DNA of 64,000 nucleotides from a virus: IMG/VR virus record IMGVR_UViG_3300028653_000010; one strand, 5' to 3'. Shown piece by piece: positions 30,299 to 39,956 of this stretch (position 1 is its first letter; each line of letters starts with the position of its first letter). The notes under the pieces were generated by a model. It saw only the letters and a program-made list of their open reading frames with translations, ran no database searches and was not told where the DNA came from. The position numbers and the translations under genes were made by a program.

Positions 30299-30393
30299 AT
30301 TGTGCTCTCACTAGGCCCGTAGGCTCTCATAGGCTATTACGTTTCAAGTTCCTAATTCTCAACAGTTTTTCCTTTGGTGTATTGCTGGGGTGT

Positions 30394-30936
30394 ATGGCCG
30401 ACTCAGAATCTCCCCCCATCTCCCCTTTCTGGTCTAAAGCAAAGATAGTCCTAGGGTTCGCCCCAATCGTGGTAGCTCTCATTACCTCGGTCATCGGCTT
30501 GATCAAAGCCTATGACCAGACAGGCCAAAAAGCGATCTACGAGACGTTGGGAAAAAAGGTAGAGGAGAACGCAGCGGCCATCCAAGATACCCACTCGGAT
30601 GTCAAAGAAGTTTGGGCATATCTAAACGGTATGGCCGCCTCTAAGACTGCAGCCCTCACAAATACTTCGACTTCTACTAGTACTTCAACGACTCCAGCCC
30701 TACCACCCAAGGTGTCCACCTTCTACAAGCCTAAGAAGAAGGAGCCACTCCCCATTGAGGAAGTTGTGGGTCCCGAGGAAGCAGCAAGCGCTTCAGAGCA
30801 ACCAAGAGTAGCGTTCAGCGCGGCTCAGGCTGCCCCTGAATCTCGTCTTGTGCATGCCCTCCCCGAGATATCTCAAGCACCGAGCCCATCGAAGCTACCC
30901 TCGTTCGAACAGGTGATTCAGGACTCGAAGAAGTAA
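30394..30936 (+). CDS. single-TM membrane protein with low-complexity tail
   Basis: N-terminal TM helix, coiled coil, Ser/Thr/Pro-rich tail. Confidence 0.6.
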   Translation: MADSESPPISPFWSKAKIVLGFAPIVVALITSVIGLIKAYDQTGQKAIYETLGKKVEENAAAIQDTHSDVKEVWAYLNGMAASKTAALTNTSTSTSTSTTPALPPKVSTFYKPKKKEPLPIEEVVGPEEAASASEQPRVAFSAAQAAPESRLVHALPEISQAPSPSKLPSFEQVIQDSKK

Positions 30937-30938
30937 GC

Positions 30939-31328
30939 TCAGGGCTTCCAACCCTTCGGAGGCTTCCAACCGGCGGCTAACGCCTGCGTAGCCCAATCAG
31001 GCCAAGGTACCCCACTCAAGGTTACTTTGGCGAGCGCTCTGACTTTAGCAAGAGCGGCTGTAGCATGACTCTTAGATTCCCACCAGAATCCGATACGATC
31101 ATGTCCACAATATCCCTTTGGGCCCTCTTCTATAACTTGAAACCCGGCCCGTTCGTAAGCCCAGAATTCTCGCGCTTCATGGTCACTCGGGATCTCATCT
31201 GAAGGCTTCTTTCTTGATTGCCCACAGTAAGCACCCAGGTCGGTATCCCCGTCAGTATTGATCTCCCACTGGATTCGATACCCTGGACCGCCTCTTTCGC
31301 TTTCTACAACAATGATTCTGTCAGCCAT
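30939..31328 (-). CDS. hypothetical protein
   Basis: ends WA.QALAAGWKPPKGWKP; class-A motif at 31335-31363. Confidence 0.65.
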   Translation of the reverse strand: MADRIIVVESERGGPGYRIQWEINTDGDTDLGAYCGQSRKKPSDEIPSDHEAREFWAYERAGFQVIEEGPKGYCGHDRIGFWWESKSHATAALAKVRALAKVTLSGVPWPDWATQALAAGWKPPKGWKP

Positions 31329-31437
31329 ACTCTCTATTACGTGTGAGGGGGCTATAACTCAACAAGAAACGGGTAGGGTTCTCACTACGGTTTTAGATTG
31401 ACAGGCCGATAGCAAGCCGGCAAGGTGCGCGACGGAC

Positions 31438-32001
31438 ATGTTGAGTTTCCTGGGTTTTGGGGTCACCTGCTTCGTAGCTATCCTGGGTGGCCGATGGCTC
31501 CTCAAGATGAACACGAACCGGGAATTCAATGAGAAGCTACGGATATGGGGGAGTTTCTTCATACTGTCTCTATACGTAGTCACCGTGATCCAGGTCAACC
31601 GGTGGGCTCCGTATAGCTACATCGCGTTGCCAGTGACCATAACTTGGTTCGTTGGCCTAGTTCTCTATGATCACCAGCAGTACGAGTGGAGAATGCGCCG
31701 GCAGAGTGCCCGGGTTATGAACTTTGCACTGAACTACGGGATGTCTCCTGGGAGGCTTATGTCCATGTCAGGGAGCGGAGAACTTCGACCAGACCCGCAC
31801 CCTTCTACTGTAACCCCAATAGCTTGGGATGCTGAAGGTGAGATGTGGGTTGCGACTAATCCAGAGGCTAGTACCGTAGAACCTACCACCATCGGTGGAT
31901 CAAGTATCAGATTCAGCAAGACAAAAACTATACGTTTGGCCAAACCAGTTCGAGTATCACGATATGAACGAATAGCCGACCCGCTCAAGTGGGTGATCTA
32001 G
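31438..32001 (+). CDS. membrane protein with extended C-terminal RYER tag
   Basis: 3 TM-like segments; ends RVSRYERIADPLKWVI*. Confidence 0.7.
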   Translation: MLSFLGFGVTCFVAILGGRWLLKMNTNREFNEKLRIWGSFFILSLYVVTVIQVNRWAPYSYIALPVTITWFVGLVLYDHQQYEWRMRRQSARVMNFALNYGMSPGRLMSMSGSGELRPDPHPSTVTPIAWDAEGEMWVATNPEASTVEPTTIGGSSIRFSKTKTIRLAKPVRVSRYERIADPLKWVI

Positions 32002-32007
32002 AGAGAA

Positions 32008-32430
32008 TCAGAAACGCGACCTAACTCTAGCTTCTTCCTCTTTGTCAGCTTTGAATAGCAGTTCAACCTGCCTTTTGGGGATTCCATCCGTGCGCCAGGT
32101 TGGATACGGGGTCTCATCCTTCTTGTCCCACCAGCGCTTCCGATAGCCCCTGAAGCCTGGAACGTCTTCTGGGATAGTACAGGCTATCGCGCCCCCACGC
32201 CGGCAGATACCCCAACCGCTTGCCCCTTTCTGAATAACTCGAGTCACCGGTGCGTACCCGCGGAGCTTCCCCCAAGAGACGATATACAGGCGCTCGCCAG
32301 CTTCGATCTTTGGCTTGGCACCCCCGATCCAATAAGCCCACTCCTCCCCGCTCTCGGAGGACCCAGCCGGGTCGCCTTCTTTGATCCAATAGGCCCACAC
32401 GTTCTTGGGTACGGTTACGACGAGATCCAT
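32008..32430 (-). CDS. hypothetical protein (possible PUA/ASCH-like fold)
   Basis: GERLYIV..G.LRGYA and PGFRGYR motifs; GGTGTA 10 nt before ATG 32430. Confidence 0.55.
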   Translation of the reverse strand: MDLVVTVPKNVWAYWIKEGDPAGSSESGEEWAYWIGGAKPKIEAGERLYIVSWGKLRGYAPVTRVIQKGASGWGICRRGGAIACTIPEDVPGFRGYRKRWWDKKDETPYPTWRTDGIPKRQVELLFKADKEEEARVRSRF

Positions 32431-32462
32431 GGCTACACAGTACACCTCGTCCAAAAGGAATA

Positions 32463-33095
32463 CTAGGGGTCCAAGCCAGCGCTCGAAGCACGAGCTAATT
32501 GGTCCAAAGCCTTATCCTTGACCTGGCATATGTACGCCTCAGTAACACCCAGGTAATCAGCTATTTCTCTGAGTTTATAGTCCTCAAAGCAATACATTGA
32601 GATGATAAGAGCCTCTTTCTTAGTTAGTAAGCTGAGGGCCTCTATCACCTTCCTTAGTTCAACCCGCGCGTGCACAAGCTCATCCACTGGACTATCACCA
32701 GAGTCAACGATATTAGGCTCCAAAGTGTCAAACTTGGGCATCACGCCACTCATAGTCTTCTTCTTGCGCCTGAGGGGGGTTGAGTTTCGGATCTCATCAA
32801 TGATGTGGCCTTTGATCCTCCGTCGAGCGTAGTACTTGAACTCGTCGCGCGTGCCCCTCCACTTGCGACAAGCATCCCATAAGCCTATCAAACCCCACTG
32901 ATAGAGTTCTTGGTATTGTAGAAAAGGTACACACTTTTTGGCATAGTACCCAGCGATACTTGCTACCATATTCGTGTTGATTTCGAATAGTTCTTGATTA
33001 TTCTGATTAGTATGTAGCGCGGACACAAGTAGGTCCAACTCCTCCACTTTTAGGTAAAGCGGGTCACCTAAGATGATGAGGATAAGTAGAAACAT
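32463..33095 (-). CDS. FliA/WhiG-like (sigma-28 type) sigma factor
   Basis: ELYQWGLIGLWDA...FKYYARRRIKGHIIDEIR; region 4 LREIADYLGVTEAYICQ. Confidence 0.85.
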   Translation of the reverse strand: MFLLILIILGDPLYLKVEELDLLVSALHTNQNNQELFEINTNMVASIAGYYAKKCVPFLQYQELYQWGLIGLWDACRKWRGTRDEFKYYARRRIKGHIIDEIRNSTPLRRKKKTMSGVMPKFDTLEPNIVDSGDSPVDELVHARVELRKVIEALSLLTKKEALIISMYCFEDYKLREIADYLGVTEAYICQVKDKALDQLARASSAGLDP

Positions 33096-33165
33096 CCTCG
33101 CACATCGGTATTAAACCGCGTAGCTAGAACCTTAACAATCCTACCTTTCGGTGTAGTAGTCAAAC

Positions 33166-33387
33166 ATGTCCTCAATCAAAGGTGAGACTACGTTTGTTGA
33201 GATCAATTGGGTAGAGGTCACTGATCAAGACATCGCAAAAGTAGCAGAAGTATCAGGGCTTTCAGCTGATAGAATTAAACAGTACTTGGAGAGTGAGGAG
33301 CAGAATAATAACATTCTGCGTTATTTCGCTCTTATCCGGGTCTACCCAACCGGCAAGCTCTTTCAATCGTACAAGCAACCCATCTAG
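33166..33387 (+). CDS. small hypothetical protein
   Basis: GGTGTA 10 nt upstream. Confidence 0.5.
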   Translation: MSSIKGETTFVEINWVEVTDQDIAKVAEVSGLSADRIKQYLESEEQNNNILRYFALIRVYPTGKLFQSYKQPI

Positions 33388-33412
33388 AATCTGTTTTTGG
33401 AGTAGTAGTGAC

Positions 33413-33940
33413 ATGGTGAATAGCCCTTACCGACGGGTGTACCTTGCGGGTCCTGATGTTTTCTTCCCTGATGTGGCCGATCGTTCGGCTAGGTTGAAAG
33501 ATACTTGTCGCCACTTTGGCTTCGAAGGCGTGTTTCCATTGGATTCTGATCTTAAACTAGCGAATCCCATCAACACCGAGGAGAATGGGTACTTCATCTA
33601 CGAAGCCAATATCAAGCTAATCCAAAGCTGTCATGCTATATTGGCCAATATCAGTCCGTTCCGAGGACCGTCACTCGATGCGGGTACTGCGTTCGAGATT
33701 GGATTCGGTCGCGCCCTTGGATTGGAGATCGTCGCATACACTTCGAGCCTAAGCCTGTACAAGAACCGGGTTTCACCGGACGGTCTAATGATCGAAGATT
33801 TCAACATGGTCGATAATCTCATGATTCATTCGGCTATTCTCGGCTGTGTCTTCCCGAGCCCCAAAGAAGCTCTTGACTATTTGGCCATACTGTTCGACTC
33901 TGGCGAGCCAACGGCCCGCCTAAGTGTCAAGTTATACTGA
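33413..33940 (+). CDS. nucleoside 2-deoxyribosyltransferase
   Basis: VYLAGPDVF, SPFRGPSLDAGTAFEIG, DNLMI motifs. Confidence 0.85.
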   Translation: MVNSPYRRVYLAGPDVFFPDVADRSARLKDTCRHFGFEGVFPLDSDLKLANPINTEENGYFIYEANIKLIQSCHAILANISPFRGPSLDAGTAFEIGFGRALGLEIVAYTSSLSLYKNRVSPDGLMIEDFNMVDNLMIHSAILGCVFPSPKEALDYLAILFDSGEPTARLSVKLY

Positions 33941-34559
33941 TATTTCTGACTACTTCGAGTTCGAAGTTTGGTCTCCGCAGAGTCTCCCGCAGGATGCATA
34001 TAAGGGAGCTGCGTTCTATCAAGTTCCTCAATATCTCTACTGGACAGTGCTAGAAGCAGACATGAGCTTCAGCCGTCAACCAGAGATTAACCGGGACTTT
34101 CTACGAATACCATTCAGGTGTATCTCGGATGATTACCTAGACTATGCACGAAACTGGGGTAAGATAATGCTACTCCTTCACGTGAGGGAGCACCTCTCGT
34201 CAAACGGATACACGAGCACCCATGACACACTCATTGAGACGGTCAACCGCTTGTCCACTCTCGAGAGCAGTACCAAGGTACTCACGTTCTCTGATGAACA
34301 ACGAGATGACCTTCAGTATAGAGTTTCCAGACACCTGGACTCAGCTCATGCTCAGAAGATTGAGTACCCTCAGATGGAACTACCTGAGGGCGTCGATGAG
34401 GACACTGTCTTGGTATTTACGCTACTTGGTAGAATTGTTTGCGGGGTATCTTGCTGTGGGTATGGTATTGCCCTTCGTAATTGGGGTATCTCCGTTCTCA
34501 AGCTACCACCAGTTCCGAAGACGAGATATACCAGAGTACTCGAAGGTCAAGTGATATGA
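33924..34559 (+). CDS. hypothetical protein with variant C-terminal tag
   Basis: ends PPVPKTRYTRVLEGQVI*. Confidence 0.65.
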   Translation: MSSYTDISDYFEFEVWSPQSLPQDAYKGAAFYQVPQYLYWTVLEADMSFSRQPEINRDFLRIPFRCISDDYLDYARNWGKIMLLLHVREHLSSNGYTSTHDTLIETVNRLSTLESSTKVLTFSDEQRDDLQYRVSRHLDSAHAQKIEYPQMELPEGVDEDTVLVFTLLGRIVCGVSCCGYGIALRNWGISVLKLPPVPKTRYTRVLEGQVI

Positions 34560-34828
34560 GTTCGCGCCGCCTCGAAGTCAGAGTCATCAAGGGTAACGGG
34601 ATAGAACCTGAGACCTTCGAGATCCCCATTGAAGGTCAGGATAAGAAGCTAAACTTGTTCGTGTTTCGTAACCCAGTCATGAGCACACGAGAGATTGAAG
34701 ACCTTGTTGAGATCTCCAAAAGACTGTCAGGTAACCCCTGTGGTGCTGTTATTCTCGGAGAAGGGGAGTCTTTCGAGGTGTATGAAGTCGAGATCCCCAA
34801 TCGATATGAAAGAGAACCGGTCATCTGA
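34556..34828 (+). CDS. hypothetical protein with C-terminal RYER tag
   Basis: ATGA overlap; ends IPNRYEREPVI*. Confidence 0.7.
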   Translation: MSSRRLEVRVIKGNGIEPETFEIPIEGQDKKLNLFVFRNPVMSTREIEDLVEISKRLSGNPCGAVILGEGESFEVYEVEIPNRYEREPVI

Positions 34829-35358
34829 TGCCACGTTTAGCTATCAGCATCGATGTTGTGGATGATCAGAATCATACGATTCATACCCAACATTGGTCAC
34901 CTTTAAGTTACGAGGACTTCAATAATCCAGCTCTACTTCATGAAGATCCTGACGGGTCTGCCGTGAACTCATTTGAGTTGCACCTGTTGGAGAGACTCCG
35001 GGTTGCGATCGACCGTTCAGTACTGAGGTTTGCCCACGGAGAGCGAAGACGGATCGCTCCACCAATACCTAGACCTCAGTATGACGTTAATGACTTCGCT
35101 GGGCCCTATGACTACGAGGAAGCAACACCTGCCGTCAGGCTAAATCCAGACTTCTTAGCAGGGCTAACCCCCCAGCAACAAATTCAACTCGGTCAGGTGC
35201 GCATAGATCAAGATGCTGTTGCCCGCCTCCGAGAGCAAATCCCAGACCCACTCTCTCTTATCCTAGGGCAGGGCCCAAAGGAAGACGAACCTCTACGCAA
35301 ACCAGAACCAAAGCCAGTAGTGCGTAAGAGTCGGTACGAGCGCCCACCAGTAATTTGA
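34828..35358 (+). CDS. hypothetical protein with C-terminal RYER tag
   Basis: ends PEPKPVVRKSRYERPPVI*. Confidence 0.75.
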   Translation: MPRLAISIDVVDDQNHTIHTQHWSPLSYEDFNNPALLHEDPDGSAVNSFELHLLERLRVAIDRSVLRFAHGERRRIAPPIPRPQYDVNDFAGPYDYEEATPAVRLNPDFLAGLTPQQQIQLGQVRIDQDAVARLREQIPDPLSLILGQGPKEDEPLRKPEPKPVVRKSRYERPPVI

Positions 35359-35377
35359 CCTCGGTGTAGTTGGTCGG

Positions 35378-36061
35378 ATGCGACCGCGCTATGGTGACTG
35401 GGTTCAGACTTTGACCGGACAACGATTCTACGTCCTTGACCCAGACCCAGCGGATATCCTCATTGAGGATATCTCAGGATCGATCTGCAAGATCTGCCGT
35501 TTCAACGGACACCCACGAGTCCCATACTCCGTGGGCCAGCACTGTGTCCTCGGCTCGTATGTCATCGAGGAACAGACAGAAAACCTACTGTTCGCCTTGG
35601 CCTTTCTACTTCACGATTCGGGAGAGTCCTACCTCGGGGATATGACCCGGCCGCTGAAGAACATGCCCGAGCTAGAAGCCTACCGGATAGCCGATGATCG
35701 ATTGAATCGAGTCATCGAGAAGCGCTTCTCTCTGCCCGAGGGCATATTCAACGAGAAGGTCATCAAGGACGCTGACAACCGCATGCTCTTCACGGAGAAA
35801 AGGGACCTACTCGTGGCCCTCCAGTGGAACTACTCCGTTCAGCCGTACAACTTCAAGATCAAACCGTGGGGTTGGAGAAAGACCCAACGAAAGTACTTGG
35901 AGCGCTATCACGAGTTGTGCCTAAGACTCGACGGCTACCCAAAGATTGCTACTACGGCGCTTCAAGTCACCCACCTACTACCACTAGTTGGGAAGATCTT
36001 CTCTACCAGAGAGCAACCTAGGGACCCCCAATCTTATCACGAGGGGCCAAATCTACGATAG
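35378..36061 (+). CDS. HD-domain phosphohydrolase (YfbR-like)
   Basis: CRFNGH..YSVGQH, LLHDSGESYLGD, DAD..ML..E.RDL. Confidence 0.85.
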   Translation: MRPRYGDWVQTLTGQRFYVLDPDPADILIEDISGSICKICRFNGHPRVPYSVGQHCVLGSYVIEEQTENLLFALAFLLHDSGESYLGDMTRPLKNMPELEAYRIADDRLNRVIEKRFSLPEGIFNEKVIKDADNRMLFTEKRDLLVALQWNYSVQPYNFKIKPWGWRKTQRKYLERYHELCLRLDGYPKIATTALQVTHLLPLVGKIFSTREQPRDPQSYHEGPNLR

Positions 36062-36404
36062 ATGACCCCCTCATTGCCAACTTGATGATTTCAATGAGAG
36101 CGTCAATATGAAATGGCTTGGCCAAAAAGTAAGGAAATCCCTCGACCTCGGGCCACCCTGAGATTACAATGAACCTTTCCTTCATTGCCGGGTACTTACC
36201 CAGAATCCACTTGTACAGGTCATCAGCAGATCCAGATCCAAGCCTCAAGTCTGAGACAACTAAGTCAATCAGCTCGTTATCTAGAAGTAGCTTGGCTTCG
36301 TCAAGGGTCGAAGCCGCCTCGACGATGTAACCCTCAGCCCGAAGAAAGGTGCAGAACATCTTTCTCAAAATGGGCTCGTCTTCCACCAATAGAACGTGTT
36401 CCAT
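36018..36404 (-). CDS. stand-alone response-regulator receiver (CheY-like)
   Basis: VLLVEDE, DLVVSDLRL, ISG, FLAKPF; probable start ATG 36404. Confidence 0.8.
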   Translation of the reverse strand: MEHVLLVEDEPILRKMFCTFLRAEGYIVEAASTLDEAKLLLDNELIDLVVSDLRLGSGSADDLYKWILGKYPAMKERFIVISGWPEVEGFPYFLAKPFHIDALIEIIKLAMRGSSIVDLAPRDKIGGP

Positions 36405-36461
36405 ACTTTTGGGTTCTATTCGACCCCTAATTGAAACTGCAAAAGAAGAATCGCTAGTGTC

Positions 36462-37814
36462 ATGCAAGTTCCTGAGAGAGTCCGCTTTATCTGCAGTAGT
36501 TTGAAACGAGCAGGCTTTGAGGCCTGGATCGTTGGAGGAGCGGTGCGCGACTCCATACTCAATAGAGAAGCCCACGACTTTGATGTAGCAACCAATGCTC
36601 GTCCAGAGCAAGTGGTAAAGTTGTTCAGCCATGTCATTGAGACTGGCATTCAACATGGGACGGTTACTGTGATGTTGGAAGGTGAGGCCTACGAGGTCAC
36701 CACCTTCCGCGGTGAGGGTACCTACTCGGATGGTCGACACCCCGACAGTGTCGAGTTCTTGAACTCGATTGAAGAGGACTTGGCTAGGCGTGACTTCACG
36801 ATGAACGCCATCGCCTACGACCCGCTGAGGGATGTTGTCTGTGATCCATTCGGTGGGGTTTTTGACATTGGGGTTAAACGCATTCGAGCGGTTGGAGTGC
36901 CCGAAGATCGATTTCGGGAAGATGGTTTGCGCGCCCTCCGCGCCCTCCGCTTTATGAGCACTCTTGGGTTCACTATAGAGATTTATACTCTGGATGGAAT
37001 CATGCACTCGGATTCTCTGAACTCTCTGGCTAAGGTTAGTGTCGAGAGAGTTCAGGACGAACTCTTCAAGATCATGAGATCACCCCAACCCACTCTCGCC
37101 ATGAATGAGATGGTTGATACTAGGGTCTTGGGTGTCATCCTCCCGGAGATGGTTCCTATGGTTGGGTGCACCCAGAACCGGTACCACGCCTTCGACGTCT
37201 GGGGCCATACCATGGTCACCCTCGAGAACTGTCCAGCTGATAACCCGATACTTCGGTTCGGAGCTCTCTTCCATGATGTATCGAAGCCGGAAACGAAAGG
37301 GGTGCATCCGGTCCACGGGGACGCCACCTTCTACGACCACGAGATCGTCGGGGGCAAGCGTACTGATGAAATCCTAACCAGGATGAAATTCTCGACAGGG
37401 GACCGGGAAAAGATTGTCCACCTGGTCAGGCACCACTTCATCCGGTATGAAATCGGATGGTCAGCCCCGGCGCTCAGGAGATGGGTTCGAAAGGTTGGAC
37501 TGGAGAACGTTCAAACTCTATGCACCCTCGCTCGCGCGGACATCGCCGGTAAGGGTAGTGCCCGAGTTGAGCTTGAACCAGCCACAATCAACGACTTGGA
37601 AGCTCGAGTAGCCAGCATGAGGTTGACCGAGGTCATCCCGACGTCAACCAAGGTGCTTGTCATCAACGGACACGACGTGATGACTCACTTGGGGCTCAGC
37701 CCAGGGCCAGCCATCGGAAAGGTCCTGGCAAGCCTCCTGGAGTCCGTCACGGATGATCCGGAGTTAAATACTCGGGAGAAGCTATTGGAGCTTGCCAGAG
37801 AAGTGCAACTATGA
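36462..37814 (+). CDS. cca: CCA-adding enzyme / tRNA nucleotidyltransferase with HD domain
   Basis: VGGAVRD, DFDVAT, EDLARRDFTMNA, FREDGLRALRALRF, ALFHDVSKP. Confidence 0.85.
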   Translation: MQVPERVRFICSSLKRAGFEAWIVGGAVRDSILNREAHDFDVATNARPEQVVKLFSHVIETGIQHGTVTVMLEGEAYEVTTFRGEGTYSDGRHPDSVEFLNSIEEDLARRDFTMNAIAYDPLRDVVCDPFGGVFDIGVKRIRAVGVPEDRFREDGLRALRALRFMSTLGFTIEIYTLDGIMHSDSLNSLAKVSVERVQDELFKIMRSPQPTLAMNEMVDTRVLGVILPEMVPMVGCTQNRYHAFDVWGHTMVTLENCPADNPILRFGALFHDVSKPETKGVHPVHGDATFYDHEIVGGKRTDEILTRMKFSTGDREKIVHLVRHHFIRYEIGWSAPALRRWVRKVGLENVQTLCTLARADIAGKGSARVELEPATINDLEARVASMRLTEVIPTSTKVLVINGHDVMTHLGLSPGPAIGKVLASLLESVTDDPELNTREKLLELAREVQL

Positions 37815-37832
37815 GACAAGGAACAGGACGAA

Positions 37833-38360
37833 ATGGCTAGAATAGTCGTCCTGTTCATACTTGCTACAATTGGAATCATCACGTTAGTCGTGCTGGCGGT
37901 CAAAGCTACCATCAAATCAATCGAAGGTAATGTCCCGGTTCCGCGTAGTTCAGAGCGAACCATAGAGGAGAGGCTTCGAGCTGAAGTACGAGAGGAGATG
38001 GAGACTCGTCGAGCTGAACTTCAAAGAGAGCGGGATCGTCTTGCAGAGGAACGAAGGCAACTTCATAGTTTAACAGCTGCTCTACCACTACAGTCCAGAA
38101 GTGTAGATAGGAGACCAGTTGGTGTGGTTGATGCTCTTGCCCAATCACTTAATTCGATTGGGCAGTCTATAGATCATATCTTCGATGGGAATGGATTAGT
38201 CCGACCAGGCGTCGAGATTAGAGTCACTCACACGAGGGAGACCGTCGAACCCTCTCCCTCGATACCGGAGAAACCTCAGCCCCCAGAGAAGGAAGACCCT
38301 AACCCTAAGCCAGCGGACCATCACCGTAAGAGCCGATACGAACGGGACCCGGTGATCTAA
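37833..38360 (+). CDS. single-TM coiled-coil protein with C-terminal RYER tag
   Basis: N-terminal TM; Pro-rich linker; ends RKSRYERDPVI*. Confidence 0.75.
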   Translation: MARIVVLFILATIGIITLVVLAVKATIKSIEGNVPVPRSSERTIEERLRAEVREEMETRRAELQRERDRLAEERRQLHSLTAALPLQSRSVDRRPVGVVDALAQSLNSIGQSIDHIFDGNGLVRPGVEIRVTHTRETVEPSPSIPEKPQPPEKEDPNPKPADHHRKSRYERDPVI

Positions 38361-38537
38361 CTATGGACATACTGACTAGCCAAGCGTATCTTTGGCAGTT
38401 ACTATGACCCTTAGAGATCTGAACTTAGTCATCCTCATAGCGTTGGTCACCCTGGGTTGTGCGTTCGTGATCGCGGGGTACAGTTATCGACCGCCGGAGA
38501 TTATCCGGGTAATGCGTTGATATTCCGGACTAGTATC

Positions 38538-39155
38538 ATGCTGAAACCTGTTCTGTTGGCCTTACTCCTGTGTTCTTGCACCCATAAGTCAGAACAGACT
38601 ATTGTTCAAAATGACGAGGTAGGGGCAAGCATCACTGTCTCAGGGCTGGACGTCTGCTTCTCACCGGCTGGTGGTTGCGAAGCTAAGATCGTCAACTTCA
38701 TCAATTCCGAGGACAAGGAGATCCTTGTCCAAGCCTACAGCTTTACGGACTCGAGCATCGAGAACGCCCTCATCGCCAAGAAGGGCATAGTCCACATACT
38801 CTTAGACCGGTCTGACCTTGGGACCGCGGTACTCCAGGACTTCCTGAACAATGGTATGGATGTTCTCATCGACAAGAAGCATCCGATTGCCCATAACAAG
38901 CTCATCATCATCCCAGGCGCCGTAGAAACTGGGTCGTTCAACTACACGAATCAGGCTGAGAAGTACAACGCTGAGAACGCCCTGTTCATCAAGTACAAGC
39001 CTTTAGCTCAGAAGTACCGAGATAATTGGATGGCCCACAAGGCTCACTCGGTGGTACCGAGCGCAGTTGATGCAGGACTCGTCAAGGCGAACGGTTACCA
39101 TCGAGGACACGCTCATACCGAGTTGGAACCGCTCGACGACGATACTCGAGAATGA
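38538..39155 (+). CDS. phospholipase D-family nuclease (Nuc/MitoPLD-like), lipoprotein-like signal
   Basis: CFSP.GGC, VQAYSFT, AHNKLIII, TGSFNYT, NAEN; LLLCSC. Confidence 0.8.
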   Translation: MLKPVLLALLLCSCTHKSEQTIVQNDEVGASITVSGLDVCFSPAGGCEAKIVNFINSEDKEILVQAYSFTDSSIENALIAKKGIVHILLDRSDLGTAVLQDFLNNGMDVLIDKKHPIAHNKLIIIPGAVETGSFNYTNQAEKYNAENALFIKYKPLAQKYRDNWMAHKAHSVVPSAVDAGLVKANGYHRGHAHTELEPLDDDTRE

Positions 39156-39420
39156 TGAGATCAGCCATCTTGTAGGAGTCGTGAAGATCGAAGCGGCTCT
39201 CCATGTGCAGGTACAAGGGCGAGGTCTCAGCCCAAAGGGATAACAGGTTACGGATGCTCACCCCGATGATTGCCTGGAGCCCGTCCCTCAGGACTTCAAT
39301 ATCGGACTCCGTCTGAACCCAATGCTTGCTCTCATTCTTTAGGCGGTTGCCAAGGGCTTCGATAGCCCCCTCGAATGTCTCTGGTTGACCCTCTGGCTTG
39401 AAGTAGAGGACCTCAGTCAT
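39082..39420 (-). CDS. hypothetical protein with variant C-terminal tag
   Basis: ends AVPTRYERVLDGNRSP*. Confidence 0.6.
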   Translation of the reverse strand: MTEVLYFKPEGQPETFEGAIEALGNRLKNESKHWVQTESDIEVLRDGLQAIIGVSIRNLLSLWAETSPLYLHMESRFDLHDSYKMADLIILEYRRRAVPTRYERVLDGNRSP

Positions 39421-39766
39421 GACTCTGAGTCACAGCATGCTCAGGGCACATGATTGCCGTACTAGTTGGAGCCTCTTTGAAGAAAGCCCACCCGGGTGGC
39501 AACTGTGCTTTCAGGCTCGGACCTAGCTCATCTACAGTATGCTCAAATCTGACACTACAGGTGGTTGAGCATACTTCACACTCGGTTACACTAGTCCAAG
39601 TACCACCGGCTTCAATAGGCTCAAGCATTGGGTGTACCCTCACGTAAGCGTAATGGTACACCTGTCCCATCACAACCGAAGCACTCCTTGAATTCACCAT
39701 CTGGAGTGAAAATGTATTCAGTTCCCTGGCGAGTATGCCAACCCGTTGGGACTGAACCCGATCCAT
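39413..39766 (-). CDS. hypothetical zinc-binding protein
   Basis: CEVC...CPEH. Confidence 0.55.
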   Translation of the reverse strand: MDRVQSQRVGILARELNTFSLQMVNSRSASVVMGQVYHYAYVRVHPMLEPIEAGGTWTSVTECEVCSTTCSVRFEHTVDELGPSLKAQLPPGWAFFKEAPTSTAIMCPEHAVTQSHD

Positions 39767-39956
39767 CGCAGCATTTACATTTCTCTTGTGACATCGGCTA
39801 TCTCACGCTTTCCCTGCAGCTTGCTAACCCGACGGCTCGCGCGCTTTACCGCATTCCCAGCACGCTTGAGCAGACGATTCTTTGACCACGAGAACCAAGT
39901 CTCGTCCTTGATGCAGGCCAAGGCTTGGCTCAGCTTGTGGTAGCGCGCTGGCTTCT

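Noticed and set aside
36405-37007. 329-aa version of the receiver ORF
   Set aside because: The extension is antisense to the CCA-enzyme gene; the receiver fold starts at ATG 36404.
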